Below are positions 43,771-57,200 of a stretch of DNA of 64,000 bases, one piece after another (positions within the stretch are counted from its first letter, which is position 1; every line of letters begins with the position of its first letter). The position numbers and the translations under genes were made by a program. Source of the stretch: the human T2T-CHM13v2.0 reference genome, Homo sapiens; NCBI RefSeq assembly GCF_009914755.1, contig NC_060940.1; one strand, written 5' to 3'. The notes below the pieces were generated by a model. The model saw only the letters and a program-made list of their open reading frames with translations, did no database searches and had not been told where the DNA came from.

Positions 43771-46700
43771 TCATTGGTGATTCCACTCAATTCCATTCAA
43801 TGATTCCATTCCATTTCTTTCAACAATGATTCCATTAGTTTCTATTCGATGATCCACTTGATTCCATTTGACGATGATTCCATTCGTGTCCATTCGATGA
43901 TTCCATTTGATTCCATATGATGATGATTCCATTCGATTCCATACGATGATGATTCCATTCGAGTCCATTCAATGGTGATTCCATTCAATTCCATTCGATG
44001 ATTCCTTTCGATTCCATTCAATGATGATGGCATTCGATTCCTTTCGATCATTCCCTTTGATTCCATTCAAAGGTGATTTCATTCAAGTGCATTCGATAAT
44101 TGCATTCGATTCCATTCTATGATGATTCCATTCGAGTCCATTTGATGATTCCATTCAATTCAAGTCAATGATGATTCCATTCGATTCCACTCGATGATTC
44201 CATTGGATTCCATTCGATGATGATTCCATTCAAATCCATTCGATAATTCAATTCAAGTACATTCGATGATGATTCCAATCGAATCCATTCAAAGATTCCA
44301 CTCAATTCCATTCGATGATGATTCCCTTAGATTCCATTCGATGATTCCACTTGATTCCATTTACGATGATTCCATTCGATTCCTTGTGATGATTCCATTC
44401 AATTCTATTCAATGATGTTTCCACTTGATTCCATTCGAACATGATTGCCTTTGATTCCATTCAATGATTCCATACGGTTCCATTTGATGATGATTCCATT
44501 CGAGTGCATTAGATGATTCCATTCGAGTCCATTCGATGATTCCATTCGATTCCATTCGATGTTGATTCTGTTCAAATCCATTCGATGATTCCACTCGATT
44601 CCATTCGATGACTCCATTTGATCCCATTCGATGATTTCCTTTGATTCCCTTTGATGATCATTCCATTTGATTCAATTCGGTGATTTCATTTGATTCCATT
44701 CAGTGATGTTTCCATTCAACTCCTTTCGATGATGATTCCATTCGACTCCATTCGATTATGATTTCATTCAATTCCATTCGATAATGATTCCCTTCAAGTC
44801 CATTCGATGATTCCATTCGATTCCATTCAACGATGATTTGATTCGTGTCCATTCGATGATTCCATTTGATTCCATTTGATGATGATTCCATTCGAGTCCC
44901 TTTCATGATTCCATTCAATTCCATTCTCCGATGATTTCTTTTGAGCCCATTCAATGCTTCCACTCGATTCCATATGATGATGACTCCATTTGATGAAATT
45001 CCGTGATGATTCCATTCGCTTGCATTCGATGATGATTCCACTTGAGTCCGTTAGAAGATTCTATTCAATTACATTCCATGACGATTCTGTTCGAGTCCAT
45101 TTGATGATTCCATTAGACTCCATTTGACGATGATTCCATTCGATGTTATTCGATGATGATTCCATTCAACTCCATTCGATGTTTCCATTCGAGTTCATTC
45201 TATTATTCCATTAGATTCCATTCGATGATGATTCCATTCGATTCCATTTGATGATTGCATTCTATTTCATTTGATGATGATTCCATTCGAGTCCATTCGA
45301 TGATTCCATTCGAGTCCATTTAATGAATCCATTGGTTTCAATTCTATGATGATTACATTGGATTCCATTCGTTGATGATTTCATTCGATTCCATTCAATG
45401 ATGATTCCATTCAATTCCATTCAATGATTCCATTCAATTCCATACGATGATGATTCCATTTGATTTGATTCGACAGTGAGCCATTCGATTCAATTCCATG
45501 ATGATTCTATTTTATTCAATTGGTTGACATTTCCATTCGATTCCATTCGATGATGATTCCATTTGATTCCATTCAAAGATGATTCCATTCTAGCCCATTC
45601 AATCATTCCATTCGATTCTATTCAATGATGATTCCATTCATGTCGATTTGGTGATTCCATTTGACTTCATTTGATGATGATTCCTTTCAAGTTCATTAGA
45701 TGATTCCATTCGATTCCATTTGATGATGATCCCATTCGAGTCCATTCAGTGATTCCACTCGTTTCCATTCCATGATGATTCCATTCCATTCCATTCAATG
45801 ATTCCATTCGATTCCGTTTGATGATGATTTCATTCGAGTCCATTTGATGATTCCATTTGATTCCATTCGATGATGATTACATTCGAGTCCATACGATGAT
45901 TCCACTCAATTCCATATGATGATGATTCCATTCGATTCCATTCGATGATTCCATTCTATTCTATTCAATGGTGATTCCATTCGAGTACATTAGATGATTC
46001 CATTCGATTCCATTCAATGATGATTCTATTTGTGTCCCTTAGATGGTTCCACATGATTCCATTTCATGATGATACTATTTGAGCCCATCCAATGATTCCC
46101 TTCGATTCCATTCGATGAGGATTCCATTCGATTCAATTCATTGGTGATTCTATTCAATTCAATTCTTTGATTCAATTCCATTCCATTCGACAATGATTCC
46201 ATTCGATTTCTTTCGATGATTCCACTCGATTCCACTTGACATTGATTCCATTCGATTCCATTCAATGATTCCGTTTGATTCCAGTGGATGATGATTGCCA
46301 TCGATTCCATTCGATCACTCCATTCTATTCCATTTGATGATGATTACATTCGATTCCATTTGATGATTCCATCTGATTCTATTCGAGGATTCCATTTGAT
46401 TCCATTCGATGATGATTCCATTCGAGTGCATTCGATGATTTCATTCGAGTACATCCAATGATTCCATTCGAGTCCATTTGATGATTCCATTTAATTCCAT
46501 TTGATTATGATTCTACTAGAGTCCATTCAATGACTCCATTCGAATCCATTCAACAATTCCATTCGAGGCCATTCGATGATTCCATTTCATGATTCCATTC
46601 GAGTCCATTTAATCATTACAGTCGAGTCCATTTGGTGATTCCTTTCAATTCCATTCTATGATGATTCCATTCGAGTCCATTCGATGATTCCATTCGATTG

Positions 46701-48245
46701 CATTCGATGATTCCATTATATTCCATTCAACAATGATTCCATTCGAGTCCATGCGATGATTCCATTAGAGTACATTTAATGATTGCTTTGTTTTCATTTC
46801 GAAGATGATTACATTGGATTCCATTCTATGATACCATTCGATTCCATTCAATGATGATTCCACTCAAATCCATTGGATGATTCCATTCGTGTCCATTCGG
46901 TGATTTCATTAGATTCCATTCGAGGATGATTCCATTCGATTCCATTCGATGATTCCATTCAATTCCATTCGATGATGATTCCATTCCAGTCCATATGATC
47001 ATTCCATTTGATTTCATTCGATGATGATTCCATTCGATTCCATTCGATGATTCCATTCTATTCCATTCGATGATGATTCCATTCGAGTCCATTCGATGAT
47101 TCCATTCGAGTCCATTTAATGATTCCATTGGGTTCAATTCAATGATGATTACATTGGATTCCGTTCTATGATTCCATTCAATTCCGTTCATTGACAATTT
47201 GATTCCATTCGATGATGATCCCATTTGAGTTCATTCGATGATTCTATTCGATTCTCTTCGATGGTGATTCAATTCTATTATATTGGATGATTCCATTCGA
47301 TTCCATTTGATGTTGATTCAATTCGATTCTATTCGATGATGATTCCATTGGATTTCACTTGATGATTCTATTCGATTCCATTCAATGATGATTCACTTCT
47401 CGTCCATTGGATGATTCCATTTCATTCCATTCGATGATGATTCCATTCGATTCCATTCGATGATTCCATTTGATTCCATGCGACGGTGAGCAATTCGATT
47501 CAATTCCATGATGATTCTATTTGATTCAATTAGATGATGTTTCCATTCGAATCCATTCCATGATTATTCCATTGGAATCCATTCGGCGATGATTCCATAT
47601 GAGTCAATTCAATGATGATTCCATATGGGTCCGTTCGATGATAATTCCATTTGATTTCATTCGATGCTTCTATTCTATTCCAGTCGATGATGATTCCGTT
47701 GGAGTCCATACGATGATTCCATTTGATTTCATTTGATGATGATTCCATTCGATGATGATTACATTGGATTCCATTCTATGATTCCATTCAATTCCATTCG
47801 TTGATGATTCGATTCCATTCAATGATGATTCCATTTGAGTTCATTCGATGATTCTATTCGATTCCGTTCGATGGTGATTCAATTCTCTTATATTGGATGA
47901 ATCCACTCGATTCCATTTGATGATTATTCCATTGGAGTCCACTTAGTGAATCCTTCAGATTCTACTCGAAGATGATTCCATTCAAGTCCATTCGATGATA
48001 CCATTCAATTCCATTCGTTGATGCTTCCATTCAAGTGCATTCGATGATATCATTCGATTCCATTTGATGATAATTCCATTTGATTCCATGCGATGATTCT
48101 ATTCGATTCCATTCAATGATAATTCCATTCAATTCAGTGATTCCTCTGGACTCCATTTGATGATGATTCCATTCAATGATTCTATTCGATTCTATTCGAT
48201 AATGATTCCATTTGAATCCATTTGATGATGATTCCATTCGATTCC
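43771..48245 (+). repeat. Duplicate of the truncated unit carrying the 650-bp deletion
   Basis: Matches 32696-37170 at +11075. Deletion junction at ~46636. Confidence 0.85.
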
Positions 48246-51200
48246 ATTCGATTCCATTTGACGATGATTTGATTCGTGTCCATTCGATGATTCCATTTGA
48301 TTCCACTTGATGAGGATTCCATTCGAGTCCATTTGATGATTCCATTCAATTCCATTCTCCGATGATTTCTTTTGAGCCCATTCAATGCTTCCACTCGATT
48401 ACATATGATGATGACTCCATTCGATGAAACTCGATGATGATTCCATTCGCTTGGATTCGATGATGATTCCACTTGAGTCCGTTAGAAGATTCTATTCAAT
48501 TACATTCCATGACGATTCCGTTCGAGTCCATTTGATGATTCCATTACACTCCATTCGACAATGATTCCATTCAATGTTATTCGATGATTCCATTCGATCT
48601 CATTCGATGATGATTCCATTCAACTCCATTCGATGTTTCCATTCGAGTTCATTCTATTATTCCATTAGATTCCATTCGATGATGATTCCATTCGATTCCA
48701 TTTGATGATTGCATTCTATTTCATTTGATGATGATTCCATTCGAGTCCATTCGATGATTCCATTCGAGTCCATTTAATGAATCCATTGGTTTCAATTCTA
48801 TGATGATTATATTGGATTCCATTCGTTGATGATTTCATTCGATTCCATTCAATGATGATTCCATTCAATTCCATTCAATGATTCCATTCAATTCCATGCG
48901 ATGATGATTCCATTTGATTTGATTCGACAGTGAGCCATTCAATTCAATTCCATGATGATTCTATTTGATTCACTTGGTTGACATTTCCATTCGATTCCAT
49001 TCGATGATGATTCCATTTGATTCCATTCAAAGATGATTCCATTCTAGCCCATTCAATCATTCCATTCGATTCTATTCAATGATGATTCCATTCATGTCGA
49101 TTTGGTGATTCCATTTGACTTCATTTGATGATGATTCCTTTCAAGTTCATTAGATGATTCCATTCGATTCCATTTGATGATGATCCCATTCGAGTCCATT
49201 CAGTGATTCCACTCGTTTCCATTCCATGATGATTCCATTCCATTCCATTCAATGATTCCATTCGATTCCGTTTGATGATGATTTCATTCGAGTCCATTTG
49301 ATGATTCCATTTGATTCCATTCGATGATGATTCCATTCGAGTCCATTCGATGATTCTATTCGAATCCATTTGATGATTTCTTTTGATTATATTTGGTGAT
49401 GATTCCATTGGAGTCCATTCAATGATTCCATTCGATTCCAATCGATGGTGGTTCCATTAGAGTCCATTTAATGATTCCATTTGATTCCAGTCTCTGATGT
49501 TTACATTCGAGTCCATACGATGATTCCACTCAATTCCATATGATGATGATTCCATTCGATTCCATTCGATGATTCCATTCTATTCTATTCAATGGTGATT
49601 CCATTCGAGTACATTAGATGATTCCATTCGATTCCATTCAATGATGATTCTATTTGTGTCCCTTAGATGATTCCACATGATTCCATTAGATGATGATACT
49701 ACTTGAGCCCATCCAATCATTCCCTTCGATTCCATTCGATGAGGATTCCATTCGATTCAATTCATTGGTGATTCTATTCAATTCAATTCTTTGATTCCAT
49801 TCCATTCCATTCGACAATGATTCCATTCGATTTCTTTCGATGATTCCACTCGATTCCACTTGACATTGATTCCATTCGATTCCATTCAATGATTCCATTT
49901 GATTCCAGTGGATGATGATTGCCATCGATTCCATTTGATCACTCCATTCTATTCCATTTGATGATGATTACATTCGATTCCATTTGATGATTCCATCTGA
50001 TTCTATTCGAGGATTCCATTTGATTCCATTCGATGATGATTCCATTCGAGTCCATTCGATGATTTCACTCGAGTACATCCAATGATTCCATTCGAGTCCA
50101 TTTGATGATTCCATTTCATTCCATTTGATTATGATTCTACTAGAGTCCATTCAATGACTCCATTCGAGTCCATTCAACAATTCCATCCGAGTCCATTCGA
50201 TGATTCCATTCGATTTCATTTGATGATTCCATTCGAGTCCATTTAATCATTACAGTCGAGTCCATTTGGTGATTCCACTGGATTTCTTTTGATAATGATA
50301 CCATTCAATTACATTTGATGATGATCCCATTCAATTTCATTTGATGATGATTCCATTAGAGTCCATTCCATGATTTCATTCGAGTCCCTTCATTGATTCC
50401 ATCCGATTTCATTTCATGATGACTCCATTCGAGTCCATTCGATGATTCCACTCGATTCCATTAGATGATTCCATTGGAGTCCATTTGATTGTTCCATTCG
50501 ATTCCATTCGATTCCTTTCGAAGATTATTCCATTTGAGTCCATTCGATGATGATTCCATTCCATTCCATTCGATGATTCCGTTTGATTCCATTCGATGAT
50601 TCCCTGCGATTCCTTTCTATGATGATTCCATTCCATTCCATTCAATGATTCCATTCGAATCTATTCCATGATGATTCCTTTCGATTCCATTCGCTTATGT
50701 TTCCGTTCAATTCCATTCGATGATGATTCCATTCGATTCCATTCATTGAGGATTCCATTGGATTCCATTCAATGATGATTCCATTCTATTCCATTCAATG
50801 ATTGCATTCAATTCCATTCAATGATTATGCCATTAGAGTAAATTCAACGATTCCATTCAATACCATTCGATGATGATTCCTTTTGAGTCCATTCAATGAT
50901 TTAATTCAAGTCCATTTGATGATTCCTTTCAATTCCATTCCATGATGATTCCATTCGAGTCCATTCGATGATTCCATTCGATTGCATTCGATGATTCCAT
51001 TATATTCCATTCAACGATGATTCCATTCGAGTCCATTCGATGATTCCATTAGAGTACATTTAATGATTGCTTTGTTTTCAATTCGAAGATGATTACATTG
51101 GATTCCATTCTATGATTCCATTCGATTCCATTCATTGATGATTCCACCCAATTCCATTCGATGATGATTCCATTCGATTTCATTCAATGATTCTACTCGA

Positions 51201-54200
51201 TTCCATTCAATGATGATTCAATTCTATTCCGTTTGATGATTCCATTAGATTCCATTCTATGATGATTCCATTCGAGTCCATTCGAAGATTTCATTCGATT
51301 ACATTCCATGACGATTCCATTCGAGTCCATTCGATGATTCCATTTGAATCCATTCGACGATGATTCCATTTGATGCTATTCGATGATTCCATTGGATTCC
51401 ATTCGATGATGATTCCATTCGACTTGATTTGATGTTTCTATTTGAGTCCATTCGGTTATTTTATTAGACTACATTCGATGATGATTCCATTCGATGCCAT
51501 TCAATGATTCCATTTGATTCCACTCAATGATGATTGCATTCGTGTCCATTCGATGATTCCATTTGGTTCCATTTGATGATGATTCCATTCGAGTCCATTC
51601 GATGATACCATTCAATTCCATTCGATGATCATTCCATTCGAATCCATTTGATGATTCCACTCAATTCCATTTGATGACTCCTTTCATTCCCATTCGATGA
51701 TTCCCTTCAGTTCCAATTGGATGATCTTTCCATTTGATTCAATATGGTGACTCCATTCTATTATATTCAATGATGATTCCATTCGACTCCATTAGATGAT
51801 GACTCCATTCCATTCCATTCGATTGTGATTTCATTCGATTCCATTCGAAGATGATTCCATTCGAGTCCATTTGATGATTCCATTCGATTCCATTCAATGA
51901 TGATTCCACTCAAATCCATTGGATGATTCCATTCGTTTCCAATCGGTGATTTCATTAGATTCCATTCGAGGATGATTCTATTCGAGTCCATTCAATGATT
52001 CCATTGGATTCCGTTTGATAATGATTCCATTAGAGTTCATTCGATGATTCCCTTCGAGTCCATTCGATTATTTCTTTTGATTCCATTTGATGATGATTCC
52101 ATTCGATTCCATTCAATGATTCCATTCCATTCCATTCGATGATGATTCCATTCGATAATGATTACATTCGAGCCCATGTGATGATTCCATTAGATTCTAT
52201 TCAATGATGATTCCATTCGACCACATTCGATGATGGCATTCGAGTCCATTCGATGATTTCACTCGATTCCACTTGATGATGATTCCTTTTGAGTCCATTT
52301 GATGATTACATTCGAGTCCATGAGATGACTCCATTCGATTCCATTTCATGATGATGCAATTCGAGGCTATTCGATCATCCCATTTTAGTGCATTCGGTGA
52401 TTCTCTTTTATTACATTCGATGAGGGCTCCATTCGAGTCCATTCAATGATTCCATTAGATTCCACTCGATGATGATTCCATTTGAGTCCATTCAAAGATT
52501 CCTTTCGAGTCCATTCGATAATTCTATTGGATTCCACTAGGTGATGATTCCTTTCGAGTCAATTCGATGATTCCTTTCAAGTGCCTTCAATGATTCCATT
52601 CGATTCCATTCGATGACGATTCATTTCAAGTCCATTCAATGGTTCCATTCTGTTGAATTTGATGGTTCCATTTGATTCCATTCGATGATGATTCCATTCG
52701 TGTCCATTGGATGATTCCATTCGATTCCTTTCGAGGAAGATTCCATTCGACTCCATTCGATGATTCCGTTCGATTCCATTCCATGATGATTCCATTTGAT
52801 TCCATTCCATGATTCCATTCGATACCATTCGATGATGATTCCATTCGACTCCATTTGATGAATCCATTCAATGCTTCCATTCGAGTCCATTCGATGATTC
52901 CATTCGATTCCATTCCATGAAGATTCCATTCGAGTACATTTGATGATTCCATTTAATTCCATAGGATGATGATTCTATTAGGGTCCGTTGACTATTCCAT
53001 TCAATTCCATTCGAAGATTCCATTCGAGTCCACTCGATGATTCTATTTGATTCCATTTGATAATTCCATTCGATTCCATTTGATGTTGATTCCATTCGAG
53101 TCCATTCGATCATTATTACATTTGATTCTATTCGATGATTCCATTCGATTCCATTTGATGAGGATTCCATTCGAGACCATTTGATGATTCCATTCAATTC
53201 CATTGGATGATTCCAATATTTTCCATTAGATGATGATTCCATTCGATTCCATTCAATGATGATTCCATCAGAATCCATTCGATGATGACTCCTTTTGCTT
53301 CCATTCAATGATCATTACATTCGGTTCCATTCGATGATGATTCCTTTGGATTCCATTCGATGATGCTTCCATTCGATTCCATTTGATGATGATTCTTTTC
53401 GATTCCATTTGATGATGATTCCATTTGATTCCATTCGATGGTGATTCCATTTGATGATTCCATTCGATTGTATTCGATGATGATTCCACTCGATTCTATT
53501 TGATGATGACTGCATTCGATTCCATTTGATGATTCCATTTGATTCCATTCGATGATGATTCTGATCAATTGCATTCGATGATCCATTCGATTCCATTTGA
53601 TGGTTCCATTTGATTCCATTTGATAATGATTCCTTTCGAGTCCATTCGATGATTCCATTTGCGGATATTCGATAATTCCATTTGAGTCCAACCGATGATT
53701 CCATTCGAGGCCATTCAATCATTCTTTTTGAGTCCTTTCGATAAAGATTCCATTTTAGTCCATTCAATAATTCCACTGGAGTCCATTCGATGATTGCTTT
53801 TAATTCCATTCGATGATATTCCATTCGAGTCCATTCGATGATTCCATTCGTTGCTATTAGATGATGATTCCATTCATGACCATTTGGTGATTCCATTCGA
53901 TTTCATTCGTTGATGATTCCATTCGAGTCCATTCCATGATTCCATTCAAGTCCATTTGATGATTTCTTTGAATTCAATTCGATGATGATTCCATTCGAGT
54001 CCATTCGATGATTCCATTCAGTTCCATTCGATGATGATTCCTTTCGAGACCATATGATGATTCCATTTGATTTCATTCGATGATGATTCCATTCGATTCC
54101 ATTCGATGATTCCATTCTATTCCATTCGATGATGATTCCATTCGAGTCCATTTAATGATTCCATTGGGTTCAATTCAATGATGATTACATTGGATTCTCT

Positions 54201-57200
54201 TCTATGATACCATTCAATTCCGTTCATTGACAATTTGATTCCATTCGATGATGATTCCATTTGAGTTCATTCGATGATTCTATTCGATTCTCTTCGATGG
54301 TGATTCAATTCTATTATATTGGATGATTCCATTCGATTCCATTTGATGTTGATTCAATTCGATTCTATTCGATGATGATTCCATTGGATTTCATTTGATG
54401 ATTCTATTCGATTCCATTCAATGATGATTCACTTCTCGTCCATTGGATGATTCCATTTCATTCCATTCGATGATGATTCCATTCGATTCCATTCGATGAT
54501 TCCATTTGATTCCATTCGACGGTGAGCAATTCGATTCAATTCCATGATGATTCTATTTGATTCAGTTAGATGATGTTTCCATTCGAATCCATTCCATGAT
54601 TATTCCATTGGAATCCATTCGGCGATGATTCCATATGAGTCAATTCAATGATGCTTCCATATGGGTCAGTTCGATGATAATTCCATTTGATTTCATTCGA
54701 TGCTTCTATTCAATTCCAGTCGATGATGATTCCGTTGGAGTCCATACGATGACTCCATTTGATTTCATTTGATGATGATTCCATTCGATTCCATTCGATG
54801 ACTCCATTCTGTTCCATTCGATGATGATTCCATTCGAGTCCATTCGATGATTCCATTCGAGTCCATTTCATGATTCCATTGGGTTCAATTCGATGATGAT
54901 TACACTGGATTCCATTCTATGATTCCATTCAATTCCATTCGTTGATGATTCGATTCCATTCAATGATGATTCCATTTGAGTTCATTCGATGATTCTATTC
55001 GATTCCGTTCGATGGTGATTCAATTCTATTATATTGGATGATTCCATTCGATTCCATTTGATGATGATTCCATTCGATTCCATTCGATGATGATTCCATT
55101 TGATTCCATTTGATGTTGATTCTATTCGATTCTATTCAATGATGATTCCATTCGATTTCATTTGATGATTCTATTCGATTCCTTTCGATGATTCTATTCC
55201 ATTCCATTCGATGATGATTCAATTCTCTTCCATTGGATGATTCCATTTTATTCCATTCGACGATGACTCCATTTGATTCCATTCAATGATGATTCCATTC
55301 GATTCCATTCGGTGATTCCATTTGATTCCATTCGACGGTGAGCAATTTGATTCAATTCCATAATGATTCTATTTGATTCAATTAGATGATGTTTCCATTC
55401 GAATCCATTCGGTGATGATTCCATTGGTATCCATTCGACCATGATTCCATATGAGTCAATTCGATGATGATTCCATACGAGTCCGTTGGATGATAATTCC
55501 ATTTGATTTCATTCAATCCTTCTATTCGATTCCATTTGATGATGATTCCATCTGAATCCATTCTCCGATTCCATTCGATTTCATTCGATGCTTCTATTTG
55601 ATTTCATTCGAAGATGATTCCTTTCAATTCCGTTCATTAATTCCATTTGATTCCATTCGATGATGATTCCATCCGATTCCATTGGATGATGATTCCATTC
55701 GAGTCCATTCGATGATTCCGTTCTAATCCATTCTATGATTCCATTCGAGTCCATTCGATGATTCCATTCGATTCCATTCAGTGATGATTCCATTTGATTC
55801 CATCTGATGATGATTTCATTTGATTCCATTCGATGATGATTCCATTGGAGTCCATTGAATGATTCAATTCAATTCCATTCCATGTGGATTCCATTCGAAT
55901 TCATTCGATTATTCCATTCAAATCCCTTCGTTGATTCCATCTGATTCCACTTGACGATGATTCCATTCAAGTCCAATCGATGATTCCATTCGGTTCCATT
56001 CAATGATTCCATTCGAGTCCATTTATGTATTATATTCGTGTCCACTTGATGACTCACTCCATTCAATTCCATTTAATGATGATTCCATTTGATTCCATTT
56101 GATGATTCAGTTCGATTCCTTACAATGATTCCCTACGATTCCTTTCTATGATGATTCCATTCGATTCCATTCATTGATGATTCCATTCGACTCCATTCAA
56201 TGATGATTCCTTTCGATTCCATTTGACGATGTTTCCATTTGAGTCCATTCGATGATGATTCCATTGGTATCCATTCGACGATGATTCCATATGAGTCAAT
56301 TCGATGATGATTCCATACGAGTCCGTTGGATGATAATTCCATTTGATTTCATTCAATCCTTCTATTCGATTCCATTTGATGATGATTCCATCTGAATCCA
56401 TTCACCGATTCCATTCGATTTCATTCGATGCTTCTATTTGATTTCATTCGAAGATGATTCCTTTCAATTCCATTCATTAATTCCATTTGATTCCATTCGA
56501 TGATGATTCCATCCGATTCCATTGGATGATGATTCCACTCGAGTCCATTCGATGATTCCGTTCTAATCCATTCTATGATTCCATTCGAGTCCATTCGATG
56601 ATTCCATTCGATTCCATTCAGTGATGATTCCATTTGATTCCATCTGATGATGATTTCATTTGATTCCATTCGATGATGATTCCATTGGAGTCCATTGAAT
56701 GATTCAATTCAATTCCATTCCATGTGGATTCCATTCGAATTCATTCGATTATTCCCTTCAAATCCCTTCGTTGATTCCATCTGATTCCACTTGACGATGA
56801 TTCCATTCAAGTCCAATCGATGATTCCATTCGGTTCCATTCAATGATTCCATTCGAGTCCATTTATGTATTATATTCGTGTCCACTTGATGACTCACTCC
56901 ATTCAATTCCATTTAATGATGATTCCATTTGATTCCATTTGATGATTCAGTTCGATTCCTTACAATGATTCCCTACGATTCCTTTCTATGATGATTCCAT
57001 TCGATTCCATTCATTGATGATTCCATTCGACTCCATTCGATGATGATTCCTTTCGATTCCATTTGACGATGTTTCCATTTGAGTCCATTCGATGATGATT
57101 CAATTCAGTTCTGTTCTATTATGAATCCATTCGATTTCATTCAATGCTTCTATTTGATTCCATTGGACGATGATTCCATCTCTTTCCCTTCGATGTTTCC

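Larger units (their letters stand above)
27054..49203 (+). repeat. 11,075-bp tandem duplication (~27054-38128 and 38129-49203; best identity from ~28.0/39.0 kb onward)
   Basis: ORF translations from 28108 to 37397 recur identically at +11075 (28569/39644, 31753/42828, 35751/46826, 37107/48182). Novel junction at 38129-38136. Confidence 0.92.
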
